Shown piece after piece: positions 1 through 9,904 of a stretch of 64,000 nt of DNA. Origin of the DNA: Bdellovibrionales bacterium (GTDB lineage Bacteria > Bdellovibrionota > Bdellovibrionia > Bdellovibrionales > JAGQZY01); assembly GCA_965218815.1 (NCBI GenBank), contig CBDCLX010000002.1, positions 2,201,074 through 2,265,073 of the forward strand, read 5' to 3'. Positions within the stretch are counted from its first letter, which is position 1, and each line of letters starts with the position of its first letter. Both the position numbers and the translations under genes were made by a program. Below the pieces are notes generated by a model, which saw nothing but the letters and a program-made list of their open reading frames with translations, had not been told where the DNA came from and ran no database searches.

Positions 1-14
1 AAAACCGGAGTCAA

Positions 15-1430
15 TCATTTTTTGGATTTGGAGGCAACAAAAAGATATCTGCCGTTTATGATTTTATCAGTTCTCAGGTTATTTATTTTTTTGATCTGTT
101 GAACTGTCAAACCAAATTTTCTGGATATCCTGTGGAGACTGTCCCCGGGGCGGATGCGGTAACGCACTTTCCTTTTGTCACTCCTGGAAGAGGAAACTCT
201 TCGACCATAACGCAATTTTAATTTTTGACCCACATAAATGCGGCTGGACTTAAGACGATTTATCCTTTTTAGTTTTTTTACAGAAAGACCATAATGACGG
301 GCAATGGTGGAGAGATTTTGCCCTTTCCTGACACGATGGTCAGTTCGTTTCTTTTTGTAGGTGGAAATAAAACGTCTGACTTTCAGGCCCTTGAGACGAT
401 ATCCGGAAAAAAGGGAGTGGTTTTTGACAATAAGTGGTTTATGAACCAGTCTCACCCAGAGAAAGTAATTTTTCTTCCCTGGAGGGGTGATTTTTTGCAA
501 TAGATGGGGGTTGTTCTTTTCAATCTCCAATGAAGAAAGGCCTGTGATTTTTGCTATTTGTTTTATTTTCAGGGGACTTGGAACCTTAACCAACTCAAGA
601 TGAGGAAGTGGCTCAACAGGTTCCTCCCGAAAATTAAACTTCTTAAGATTCTTTCCAATATAAAGAATGGCCAGGAACTGGGGAACATACTCCCTGGTAT
701 CATAGGGAAGAAGACGACGACGGGTCAGACTCCAATAATTTTTGGAAGCTCCATGACGCATGGCCTTTCGCACTCTCCCCGGTCCTGCATTGTAAGAGGC
801 AAGAGCCAGAAACCAGGACTTTTTTTGACGATAAAGTTCTTTCAGGTAACGGCTGGCGGCCAGGGTGGAACGTATGGGATCTATTCTTTCGTCCACATAG
901 TTATTGACCTTAAGACCATACTCCCGACCCGTTGGAGCCATAAACTGCCAAAGACCCACAGCCCCGGCCCGGGATATCGCTTTCCCTGAATAACCACTTT
1001 CAAGAAGGCCCAGATAATAGAGGTCTGGAGGCAGGCCCTGGCTGATAAAAATTTCCTGGACCATTTTCTTGTACCTGACCCCACGGTTGAGAAAGCGTTG
1101 AAAACGTTCCCTGTCTTTCTCACAATAATATTCAATCCACTTTGCCACTTTAGGATGGGTGGACCGGGTATCAAGGATGTATTTGACAACAAAATCTGAT
1201 TTCTTCTGATCTTCCCTCTTTTCCGTATTGTTTTTGTTTTTATTAAATATCCGGTTCACAGCCTGCTGTTGGGCCCTCACCAGGGGAAAATCAATGGAAG
1301 ACCTATCATCAGAAGACCAGTAAAGCGAAGACCAGTAAAGCCCTGGTGCCACTCCCTGCCCCGCCTCTTTCCTGAGACTGGAACAGGAAGTACAGAGAAA
1401 AAAGCCCAAAACAATTAAAATCCGTTTCAC
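15..1430 (-). CDS. MltD-like membrane-bound lytic murein transglycosylase (SLT domain plus two C-terminal LysM repeats), probable lipoprotein
   Basis: ORF 15..1529. SLT motifs are LLESGYS, GLWQF and SYNAGPG. Two LysM-like repeats (HRVRKGQNLSTIARHYG, YRIRPGDSLHRISRKFG). Start placed at GTG 1430 (GGAG 6 nt upstream, followed by KRILIVLGFFLCTSC signal/lipobox). The extension to 1529 is possible. Confidence 0.85.
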   Translation of the reverse strand: MKRILIVLGFFLCTSCSSLRKEAGQGVAPGLYWSSLYWSSDDRSSIDFPLVRAQQQAVNRIFNKNKNNTEKREDQKKSDFVVKYILDTRSTHPKVAKWIEYYCEKDRERFQRFLNRGVRYKKMVQEIFISQGLPPDLYYLGLLESGYSGKAISRAGAVGLWQFMAPTGREYGLKVNNYVDERIDPIRSTLAASRYLKELYRQKKSWFLALASYNAGPGRVRKAMRHGASKNYWSLTRRRLLPYDTREYVPQFLAILYIGKNLKKFNFREEPVEPLPHLELVKVPSPLKIKQIAKITGLSSLEIEKNNPHLLQKITPPGKKNYFLWVRLVHKPLIVKNHSLFSGYRLKGLKVRRFISTYKKKRTDHRVRKGQNLSTIARHYGLSVKKLKRINRLKSSRIYVGQKLKLRYGRRVSSSRSDKRKVRYRIRPGDSLHRISRKFGLTVQQIKKINNLRTDKIINGRYLFVASKSKK

Positions 1431-1647
1431 GTTGATCTCCAAAAGTAACAGTTCATACCCCCTCTGCCATTGAGCCACAGTTTTGGTGAGACTGACATGG
1501 GAAAAAGAGAAATGATGGATACGGGACAATGAGGATTAAAAATTCATGAAATTTCATCATGATCAGTGTATCACGATTTCTGACAGTCAGTGAAAAACAC
1601 CCTTAAACCCTGTGCCTTTGTTTGGTTTTTTCCGTTTTCTGGACCAA

Positions 1648-3072
1648 TCAAAAGTGCATTCCTATTTTTTTCAAAATCTGTCGGGTTCTGGTGTCTTTTG
1701 GTATGGAACCAAGGTTTATAAGATCATCAATATGTCTGGGGTGGGAAAGACCCATGACAATGGAACTGATCTGGGGGAGAGACAGGTAGAGTCTTATCAC
1801 TTTATTGGAAAGTTTTGAGTCTCCAACAAGTAAAGGGCATTGTTCATCAAGGTAATGGGAAATCTGATTCGTTCTCAGATTGGCAATCCCCTGCAAACTG
1901 TTAGTGATGAGTGTAAAAAGATTGTGAGTGTGATTGATATAATGGATTTTCCAATGATTCCACTCCTGATCCTCGGGAAGACTGCTAATTCCTCTTTCAA
2001 TGGAAGGCCGGATGTGCTTTCTCATATAGTTTTTCCATTGCCACCAATCACTGATTTCATTGAGATTGGTTTTCAGCTGATGACCCCATTTGAGGTGTTT
2101 ATTTTGGGGTCTTTTTTTTAAAAGCAGCTTTTCAAGATCTATGACCTCCATGAGAGTTTTATGGAGGTGACCTTTAATGGAAACTTCATCTTTTCCTGAA
2201 AAAGTAATGAAATGATACACTTTATTTCGATGCCTGCTGGTGAGGGGACGACAGGATAGAATCCCCAGGTCATACTTTTTTGCCACTTCAAAAAAAGTGA
2301 GTCTTCTCTGGTTCTGGATAAACAGGGCAGAGGTCTCAAAGAGGTTAAACGGCACCTGAACCACTGAAAAGTGATGGTTTCTTGAAATACTTTCTGCCAG
2401 TTCAAAGATCTCACCAAGGTCCAGAAAATTTTTTGAAATGTCTTTGTTCAGGAAGGCACTGGAACTGATTCCATAGTGATCAATTCTCCCTCTGATCACC
2501 TCCACTTCCAGATGTTCAAAGGCTCGTTTGAGAGACTGTTTAAAACCCTTCCTGGACATCAGTTGAATCAGATATTCAGGATTTTCCAGAAGAATCAGAT
2601 GAATCTTATTCCTCTGCAAACGTCTTAGTGAAGAGGATATCTGGGATTCTATGAATTCAGGCGTGAGACAGTAGGACAATTTTTCTGAAACCCTGTAACA
2701 ACCGTCCTGGCCCATCTGATTTTGTCTTTTCATCTCCTGGAGAGCGGAACCCCGAACCAGACCCGCTTTTGTACAAAGAACAATGGAGTTCTCCTCTTCC
2801 GGTTGTTCACTGAGATACTCCCTGATTGCTTCGCCAATAACAATTTCAGAGGCTCCGTTACCATAGGATCCACTGCTGTCAATAAAATGAATACCACTCT
2901 GGAGGGCCTTGTGAAGAGTTTCCCTGTAAATACCGTCTTCAGGAGAAAGACGTAAACTTCCAAATCCAATGGGGGACACCATGATTCCCGAACGACCCAA
3001 ACGTCTTTTGCCATGATTCAGAGTCCCGTGACCGGAGTCTAGGGTCCGGTTTTTTGTCAAATTCAATCCCAT
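1648..3072 (-). CDS. aldo/keto reductase family oxidoreductase with long C-terminal extension
   Basis: The N-terminus RRLGRSGIMVSPIGFGSLRL...GIHFIDSSGSYGNGASEIVIGEAI is typical of the AKR fold. The C-terminal ~150 aa are unassigned. Confidence 0.75.
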   Translation of the reverse strand: MGLNLTKNRTLDSGHGTLNHGKRRLGRSGIMVSPIGFGSLRLSPEDGIYRETLHKALQSGIHFIDSSGSYGNGASEIVIGEAIREYLSEQPEEENSIVLCTKAGLVRGSALQEMKRQNQMGQDGCYRVSEKLSYCLTPEFIESQISSSLRRLQRNKIHLILLENPEYLIQLMSRKGFKQSLKRAFEHLEVEVIRGRIDHYGISSSAFLNKDISKNFLDLGEIFELAESISRNHHFSVVQVPFNLFETSALFIQNQRRLTFFEVAKKYDLGILSCRPLTSRHRNKVYHFITFSGKDEVSIKGHLHKTLMEVIDLEKLLLKKRPQNKHLKWGHQLKTNLNEISDWWQWKNYMRKHIRPSIERGISSLPEDQEWNHWKIHYINHTHNLFTLITNSLQGIANLRTNQISHYLDEQCPLLVGDSKLSNKVIRLYLSLPQISSIVMGLSHPRHIDDLINLGSIPKDTRTRQILKKIGMHF

Positions 3073-3196
3073 AACTGTCTATCGGTATTATTCTGATCCT
3101 GTTTAAACAGGCATGGGGTCCTGAGAATCTTTCTGTATTTCAGTATCCCCGATAAAACCCATTGTAACAGAACCACTTCCGTGCCAGACAATAGTC

Positions 3197-4627
3197 TTAA
3201 TTATTCTGGTTTTGAATTTCCAGTGGGGCAGTCTCACACTGAAAGTATCGAGGCTCCAATTGGGGCATCTCTTTGTTTGCCTTGTTTGAAATTTCTTTGA
3301 AACGATCCACTTTTCCCTGTAAACCCTGTTTTCCCGCAAGAGCCTTCCTCACATCCTCATAGTGATTGCTGGCCGTATTTAAGGTGTTACCCAACTTGTT
3401 GAAACGCTCGGTAAGGGTGCAGATTGAATTGTAAATATCACCTGCTTTTTCGCTGATTTTACCGACCTCCTTATGACTCTTATCCATCACCCAAAGGTTG
3501 GAAACTGTACGAAGAATGGGGATCAGTGTGGTGTGGGATAACAATATAATACTTTTATCATACCCATATCCAAACAAAGCCTTATCGTGTTTTAGGGCCT
3601 CAATATAAGCCGGTTCAACGGGCATAAACATCAGAACAAAACTGGGACTGTGAATGCCACTGAGGTTTGAGTAATCCTTGGAGGCCAGATCATCAATATG
3701 TTTTTTCACAGACTTAACATATTCGTCCATGGCCAGTCGTCTCTTTGATTCAGTCTCTGCGGAAACGGCTTTATCGTAGGCAATGAGAGAAACTTTACTG
3801 TCAATAACAATATGCTTGTTGTCCGGCAGTCTGATCAGATAGTCCGTTTGCTTCTGTTTTCCGAATTCATCTTTAAATGAAGATTGTTTTTCATAGTGGT
3901 CATCCTGAACAAGACCGCTCATCTGTAAGGTGCGCTCCAACTGAGCCTCCCCCCAGGCTCCCCGTTTCTGGGAATCCCCCTTAAGTGCCGAGGTGAGATT
4001 ACTGGCTTCATCACGCATTTTAAGTCCCATAGCCATAATGTTTTTAATTTCTGCCTCAAGACTGGTATTTCCTTTCACTGTTTCAGTATGAACTTCATTG
4101 ACTCGTTTCCTAAAACCTTCGATTTGCTCTTGCAGGGGTTTCAGAAGGGATTCCACGTTTTCTTTGTTCTGTTTGGTTAAAGCTTTCTGACGTTCTTTGA
4201 TAATTTCCTCAGAAACAACCTTAAATTCATTTTTGAGTTCAGATTTCTGCTTTTCAAATTGTTTTTGCAATTCATCAAGTTTTTCCCTTTCCGCTTTTAG
4301 TTGAGTCTGTTGCTCCCGCCTGCCCGCCTCCAAATCGGCAATCTTTATGTTCGCCTGATCCAGGTTATTACGCAAAAGTTGATTCTTCTCTTTGTATTCA
4401 TCAATCTGAGTTGATTTTTCCTTTTGGCTGTTCTCAAGACCTGCTTTTTCAGCAATCAGTTGTCTTATTTGCCTTTCATCGTCTTCCAGTTTCCCGGAGA
4501 GAAGGGATTTGTCCCTGAATTCATTGGCGTTCTGAAGACTTTCAATTTTTCCCTGCCTGCGAACAAGAAAAAAAGTGATGATTGAAGCCAGCCCCACAGC
4601 TAATGCGAGTAAAATAATAGTTTCCAT
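3197..4627 (-). CDS. rmuC: DNA recombination protein RmuC
   Basis: N-terminal TM helix, long coiled coil (EKLDELQKQFEKQKSELKNEF) and a C-terminal RmuC nuclease-like region (LIRLPDNKHIVIDSKVSL...FVLMFMPVEPAY). Confidence 0.85.
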   Translation of the reverse strand: METIILLALAVGLASIITFFLVRRQGKIESLQNANEFRDKSLLSGKLEDDERQIRQLIAEKAGLENSQKEKSTQIDEYKEKNQLLRNNLDQANIKIADLEAGRREQQTQLKAEREKLDELQKQFEKQKSELKNEFKVVSEEIIKERQKALTKQNKENVESLLKPLQEQIEGFRKRVNEVHTETVKGNTSLEAEIKNIMAMGLKMRDEASNLTSALKGDSQKRGAWGEAQLERTLQMSGLVQDDHYEKQSSFKDEFGKQKQTDYLIRLPDNKHIVIDSKVSLIAYDKAVSAETESKRRLAMDEYVKSVKKHIDDLASKDYSNLSGIHSPSFVLMFMPVEPAYIEALKHDKALFGYGYDKSIILLSHTTLIPILRTVSNLWVMDKSHKEVGKISEKAGDIYNSICTLTERFNKLGNTLNTASNHYEDVRKALAGKQGLQGKVDRFKEISNKANKEMPQLEPRYFQCETAPLEIQNQNN

Positions 4628-4678
4628 AAGATAATGATGTTACTCCCCTAATCCCATTGGATCAAGAACTATAATGAG

Positions 4679-4753
4679 TATATACTGATCGTGTTTGAGA
4701 TTTCATGGATGTTCACTCTCGAAAACCCGGACATTTCAAACAAGACCAGTATA
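4679..4753. mobile_element. IS630-type MITE copy A1 (~73 bp, TA-flanked, terminal inverted repeats)
   Basis: tatactgatcgtgtttgagatttc...acatttcaaacaagaccagtata. This is the reverse complement of the copy at 28748..28820 with few mismatches. Confidence 0.85.
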
Positions 4754-4947
4754 AGCGATGGAGCCTCGTCAGGGTGCAGGCAGTTACATATTCAGATGGT
4801 TATGAGAAAATATTTGATCATTCAATAACAACTGGATTAAAAACGGCGATACTTAATCACTCCTGTATGTTTTCCTAGAATCTGTCAATGTGTAGGGTCC
4901 AGTGATGGTTTCCTGTTTTGCAGCTATCCTTTTGTAGAGAGGAGTTC

Positions 4948-4982
4948 GGCAGCCACAGCAGGAAGTTTGTGAGAAATGCGGG
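4948..4982. repeat. REP/BIME-like family B, right arm only
   Basis: gcagcaggaagtttgtgagaaatgcggg matches the right arms at 44780-44812 and 62885-62911. It abuts the stop codon of CDS 4983..5297. Confidence 0.6.
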
Positions 4983-5297
4983 TTAATGCCTGGTTTTGAA
5001 TTTTCCCACCATGGAATTTTCCACAATTTTAAAGTAGGCCCGAATGAGTAAAGAATACTCACTACGGCTGAGTGTTTTGAGAAAGCTCTGTTTTTCCAGG
5101 TAACCCCTCAAACTGATAAAATTATAGAGAACTTCCTGAATTTTTCTCAGTTTATCAAAGTCCTTTTCATCCTCATTGCGTTTTTCATTAAAAGCCTCAA
5201 TAATATCCTCTTTGTCAAAAAGAATATGGACCCCTTTTGAAGATTGTAAGATCAGGTTATCCATTTGTTCAAGACAATCATAAGTGAGATCAGCCAT
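4983..5297 (-). CDS. hypothetical protein (104 aa)
   Basis: ORF with a good RBS (gcagggaggcaaagATG). No motif I recognise. Confidence 0.5.
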   Translation of the reverse strand: MADLTYDCLEQMDNLILQSSKGVHILFDKEDIIEAFNEKRNEDEKDFDKLRKIQEVLYNFISLRGYLEKQSFLKTLSRSEYSLLIRAYFKIVENSMVGKFKTRH

Positions 5298-5664
5298 CTT
5301 TGCCTCCCTGCAACGGATGGAACCAGCAGACTCATTCAGCCTCTGGTTTCAATTCTTTCCGAAAAGCAATGCTCTCCCTTTTGACGATCCTGGCATTCAC
5401 CTTTCCCGTCCCCACTTGCAGCACCGCACGTTAAGTACGCCCTTCCCCGTCGTGTCGGGCCAATCTTATCCAAAACTATGGTAGAGTGACCGAGAAGTAT
5501 GAGTCATTATTCCGAAAAAACCTTAAAATCCAAATAAAATAAAAACTGTTTCCATTATCATGGGTTTTCCGCCTCAGTGACAAGTCTATTTTTAAAAATA
5601 TTGATACGATGCATGACATTGTCTGTCATACATAAAAACAAAAATCGGGTATTATTAAAGAATA

Positions 5665-6153
5665 ATGAAAAGAAAACCAAAGGAAACAGACAGGGAAAAC
5701 ACAATCATTGACTGTAAGAAACAACATGAAGAACCAGTCTGTGAAATTCCACAGGAGGACAATCACACGGGTCTTGAAGGGGATGCTCTCTATGACGGAG
5801 ATCCTCTGGCTCTTGGACTCTATAAAGCCATGCTCAGCCTTCGCCAACCCCAGGATATTGAAGAGAATTTATTTGAAAACTATGTGGAGTTCAGGGAAAA
5901 AACCATTGAGGAATCTGACGAAATCTGGAGACACACCGCCGTGGAGAACCAAACTCTGGTGACTTTTGTAAAAGACTTTACAAAAGAAGGAACTGAATAT
6001 CTCTTCTACCTGGCAGTAACTCTGGAGGACAAAAACAGCCACAGTCATGCCCTGCTTTTTTCTTTTCCCACAAATGACGACAACCTTGTGGACCGTTACA
6101 GACAGGGTGAAAATTTACAGGGTGAAGAAATCATCCAGGAATCCAGCCATTAA
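5665..6153 (+). CDS. hypothetical acidic protein (162 aa)
   Basis: ORF only. It is convergent with the oligopeptidase gene, and the start is uncertain (internal Met at MLSLRQ). Confidence 0.45.
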   Translation: MKRKPKETDRENTIIDCKKQHEEPVCEIPQEDNHTGLEGDALYDGDPLALGLYKAMLSLRQPQDIEENLFENYVEFREKTIEESDEIWRHTAVENQTLVTFVKDFTKEGTEYLFYLAVTLEDKNSHSHALLFSFPTNDDNLVDRYRQGENLQGEEIIQESSH

Positions 6154-6162
6154 AGTTTTTTC

Positions 6163-8349
6163 TCATGGAGACTCTGTTGTTTTCAGGTCACCACCAATGG
6201 TCTTAAATAAAAATTCAAAAATCAGGGCATCCATCCTGGCTTTTTGATTCAGATTGGCCGCAGCCCCATGGCCTCCTTCAATATTTTCATAATAACGCAG
6301 ATTCTGATGACCAAGATGGATCATTCTGGCTGCCATTTTTCGGGCATGACCCGGATGAACCCGATCATCCTTTGTTGAAGTAAGCAGGAACAACTCCGGG
6401 TATTTCCGATCCTTCCTGACATTGTGGTAGGGAGAATAGGAAAGAAGATAGTCCCTCATTTTTTTATCCTCTGGATCTCCATATTCACCCACCCAACTGG
6501 CTCCGGCCAAAAGTTTTGAATAACGGATCATATCAAGAAGGGGAACACGGCAAACAACTGCTCTAAAGAGATCGGGCCTTCGAGTCATGACAGCCCCCAC
6601 CAGTAATCCACCATTACTTCCCCCATAAATAGCCAGTTTATCTTTAATTGTAATCCCGGTTTTAATGAGATCTTCAGCCACAGCAATAAAGTCATCATAG
6701 GCCAGGTGACGATTCATCTTTTGGGCAGCCCGATGCCACCTGGGGCCAAACTCACCCCCACCACGAATATTTGCCACTGCATAAAGCCCCCCTTTTTCAA
6801 GCCAGGCCTGGCCCAAAAATCCATTGTATTTGGGAGTTACTGAAATTTCAAAACCACCATAACCAAAAAGCAGAGTGGGTGCGTTTCCCTTTTCAATCTG
6901 AGATTTTTTCCCAACAAGAAAATAGGGAACCCGGGTTCCATCCCTGCTGGTAACCCACTTCTGAAAAACCACTATATTCCTATTGTCAAAACGGGCTGGC
7001 AGGGTTTTTGATTTTGCAATTTTGCTCTTTCTGCTGTTGTAAAAATACAGGGTTTGTGGTTCCAGAAAGTTCTCCCTGGAAATAAAAAAATCAGGGGAAT
7101 CAGGACTTGCAGCAAACAGATTCAGATTGGCTCCCGGTATCAGATCCATGTGTCTGGCCTGTGAGAATTTCTTTTGGGACAAAGCCCCCGCAGGGGAGGT
7201 TTTTTCAGAGGTTTTTCTGGAAAGGGTCACCTGAAAAATCTTCCCCCTGACATCTTCCAAAACACCGATAAGAAGCCTGTCTTTGGTCACTGTATGGCGA
7301 TCAACCGCTGATTTTTCATCAGGAATGTAAAGAAGCTGAATCTGATCTTTTGGAATTTCCCTCTTCCCCGCCACTGCCTTATCAACAGCCACAAGGGATC
7401 CCTGAGGAAAGCTCTGCCCTGCCACCGACCAGGGTTCTTTCAGGGAAACAATAAGAGACCCGTGAAAGAAACTGACAATGCCAGCTGTTTTTTGCAGAGG
7501 TAAACTTTTCAGGACTCCATTTTCATAGAGCCAGTGGAAAGCCGTAAAAAAACTGTCCCGACGGGATACCACTGTCACCTGATCCTTCAGATGTCTGAAA
7601 TTATGGGCCTTAACGATCATATCTGTTTTCCCGGCCTCAAAGACCATGGAGGCCTCTTTAAGATCTGTTCCTCTCTTCCAGAGTTTGAGCAGGCGGGGAT
7701 AACCGGAGTCTGTCAGGCTCCCCTCACCAAAATCCGTTCCCACCAGGACATGATCCCTGTCCAGCCAGGTCATAAAGGATTTGGCTTCAGGCAGATAAAA
7801 ACCTTTTTTAACAAATCTTTTTTTAAGGGTATCAAACTCTCTGATAACAGAAGCATCCCTGCCTCCACGGGAAAGACTGATAAGACAATGCCTCATCCCG
7901 GGAGGAAGGCATAAACTGTTCCACCTCTGGTAAACCCAGTTCTCCTTTTCTTTTTTTGCCAGAGCGTCTATATCAAGAAGTGTTTCCCATTTTGGTTTTT
8001 TTTGCCTGAAACTCTTAACAGAGGTCCTCCGCCACACACCTCTGACAGACTGATCGTCCTGCCAGAAATTATAGACATGGGAGCCATGGAGGGATATATC
8101 TGGAATTTTGTCTTTGGCCTGAAGAATCTTAAGGGCTGAAGACTTCATATCTTTGAACCTCTCTCCCCGGGTCAGTTCCCCCAATGTTTTTTTATTCTGT
8201 TTTTTGACCCAGGAAAGGGCTTTTTCCCCCTCCACTTCCTCCAGCCATAAGAAAGAATCTTTCTGCCGGCTTAAATGGGGGGCCTGGATACAGGACAAAA
8301 AGAGGAAAACACAAAAAACACCAAAATAACCTGAAAAATACTTTATCAT
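6163..8349 (-). CDS. prolyl oligopeptidase family serine peptidase (S9A), secreted/periplasmic
   Basis: N-terminal signal peptide, beta-propeller-length N-domain, catalytic GGSNGGLLVG serine motif, and C-terminal DDRVHP / GGHG residues. Confidence 0.85.
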   Translation of the reverse strand: MIKYFSGYFGVFCVFLFLSCIQAPHLSRQKDSFLWLEEVEGEKALSWVKKQNKKTLGELTRGERFKDMKSSALKILQAKDKIPDISLHGSHVYNFWQDDQSVRGVWRRTSVKSFRQKKPKWETLLDIDALAKKEKENWVYQRWNSLCLPPGMRHCLISLSRGGRDASVIREFDTLKKRFVKKGFYLPEAKSFMTWLDRDHVLVGTDFGEGSLTDSGYPRLLKLWKRGTDLKEASMVFEAGKTDMIVKAHNFRHLKDQVTVVSRRDSFFTAFHWLYENGVLKSLPLQKTAGIVSFFHGSLIVSLKEPWSVAGQSFPQGSLVAVDKAVAGKREIPKDQIQLLYIPDEKSAVDRHTVTKDRLLIGVLEDVRGKIFQVTLSRKTSEKTSPAGALSQKKFSQARHMDLIPGANLNLFAASPDSPDFFISRENFLEPQTLYFYNSRKSKIAKSKTLPARFDNRNIVVFQKWVTSRDGTRVPYFLVGKKSQIEKGNAPTLLFGYGGFEISVTPKYNGFLGQAWLEKGGLYAVANIRGGGEFGPRWHRAAQKMNRHLAYDDFIAVAEDLIKTGITIKDKLAIYGGSNGGLLVGAVMTRRPDLFRAVVCRVPLLDMIRYSKLLAGASWVGEYGDPEDKKMRDYLLSYSPYHNVRKDRKYPELFLLTSTKDDRVHPGHARKMAARMIHLGHQNLRYYENIEGGHGAAANLNQKARMDALIFEFLFKTIGGDLKTTESP

Positions 8350-8400
8350 TGGAAACCTCCTGACAACATTAATTTTTAGGGAAAACTGATTTTACAGAAT

Positions 8401-9798
8401 TTACAGATCAACTTCCGGTTTCAGACCTTTCTTCTTGATTTTCTCAACCAGGGTGGTCCTGTTTAATCCCAGAAGACTGGCGGCCCTGTTACGGTTCCAA
8501 CCTGTTTGCCTGAGAGCGTTCACAATCAGTTGATTTTCATAGGCTGCAATAATAACATTAAAATCCATCCCTTCTTTCGGCACTTCTGTGGGAAATTGAT
8601 TCCCCTGTCTCCAGCCCTGAGCATTTTCAAAGTCCCGGGGAATATCATTCAATTCAATCATTCCCTGTTTTCTCAGAATACTGATTCTTTCAATAAAATT
8701 TTCAAGTTCCCTGATATTCCCCGGCCAGAAATACTTTATCAACCTGTTCATGGCCTCTGATTCTATCCCTCTGATATGAGTCCCCCTGTTCCTGTTAAAT
8801 CTCTGTACAAAATAATCCAGAAGAAGAGGAATATCCGTGGGACGCTCCCTAAGAGAGGGAACCCTGATGGGTATAACATTCAACCGGTAAAAAAGATCTT
8901 CCCGAAACTTTCCCTCCTTAACGGCTTTGTGCAGATCAACATTAGTGGCTGCCAGAATCCGCACATCCGATTCCACAGTGGTGACGCTCCCCACTGGTTC
9001 AAAACACTTTTCCTGTAAAACCCGAAGAAGTTTGACCTGCAGACTGGAATTCAGATCACCGATTTCATCAAGAAAGAGAGTGCCCTTATTGGCCAGATCA
9101 AAACGGCCCTGACGATGACTGACAGCCCCTGTGAAAGCCCCCTTGACATGGCCAAAGAGTTCACTCTCCAGGAGTTCAGCAGGAATGGCCGCACAGTTGA
9201 TGGGGACAAAAGCCCTGACACCGCGGGAGGAGTTATAGTGAATGGCTTTGGCAATCAGCTCCTTACCTGTTCCACTCTCACCACTGATTAAAACTGTTGA
9301 ATCCGTATCAGCCACCTTTTCAATCATGGCAAGCACATTCTGAATGGGCTCGCTTTTTCCAATAATATTTTTAAACCGATACCTGTTTTTTAACCGGGAT
9401 TTGAGTTCACTGTTTTCAGTGGCAAGCTTTTTATGGGAAAGGGCTTTGCTGGTAATGGAAACCAACTCCTCAAGATTAAAAGGTTTGGTGATAAAATGAA
9501 AAGCCCCCATCTTTATGGCCTTCACAGCAATATCAACACTGGCAAAACCCGTAAGCACAATGACAGGGAGATTAAAATATTTTTTTCTAAGCCTGGTAAT
9601 AAGCTCCAGACCATTTCCATCGGGAAGTTTCATATCAACAATGGCCAAATGAAGTTCTGAGTTGGAATTAACAAAGGATTCCGTTTCCCTGAGACTACAG
9701 GTTGTAATCACATCATAATTACGGCGGGAAAAAACACGAAAAAGAGCTGAACGCAAAGCCTGTTCATCATCAACAATAAGCACTTTCTGTGACATCAT
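8401..9798 (-). CDS. sigma-54-dependent response regulator (NtrC family)
   Basis: REC domain (VLIVDDE...DMKLPDGNG), AAA+ sigma-54 activator motifs (GESGTGKE, GAFTGA, ESELFGH) and a C-terminal Fis-type HTH (NRAASLLGLNRTTL). Confidence 0.9.
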   Translation of the reverse strand: MMSQKVLIVDDEQALRSALFRVFSRRNYDVITTCSLRETESFVNSNSELHLAIVDMKLPDGNGLELITRLRKKYFNLPVIVLTGFASVDIAVKAIKMGAFHFITKPFNLEELVSITSKALSHKKLATENSELKSRLKNRYRFKNIIGKSEPIQNVLAMIEKVADTDSTVLISGESGTGKELIAKAIHYNSSRGVRAFVPINCAAIPAELLESELFGHVKGAFTGAVSHRQGRFDLANKGTLFLDEIGDLNSSLQVKLLRVLQEKCFEPVGSVTTVESDVRILAATNVDLHKAVKEGKFREDLFYRLNVIPIRVPSLRERPTDIPLLLDYFVQRFNRNRGTHIRGIESEAMNRLIKYFWPGNIRELENFIERISILRKQGMIELNDIPRDFENAQGWRQGNQFPTEVPKEGMDFNVIIAAYENQLIVNALRQTGWNRNRAASLLGLNRTTLVEKIKKKGLKPEVDL

Positions 9799-9904
9799 TA
9801 AAAGAGTTTCCTTTCCATGGCTATGTTCTTCGTGATTAAAGACAGGTCATCATGACCTGCTATCAGATTAAAAAAATATCTTCATTCTGTCAAATTTTTG
9901 ATTT

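Noticed and set aside
5389-5413. The minus-strand string ggggacgggaaaggtgaatgccagg looks superficially like the GGGAA..GGUGAAA..CC core of a cobalamin riboswitch
   Set aside because: I could find no B12-box-like element or the other conserved stems. Part of the string belongs to a module repeated at 13372-13392, and the downstream gene has no link to cobalamin. An Rfam scan would settle it.
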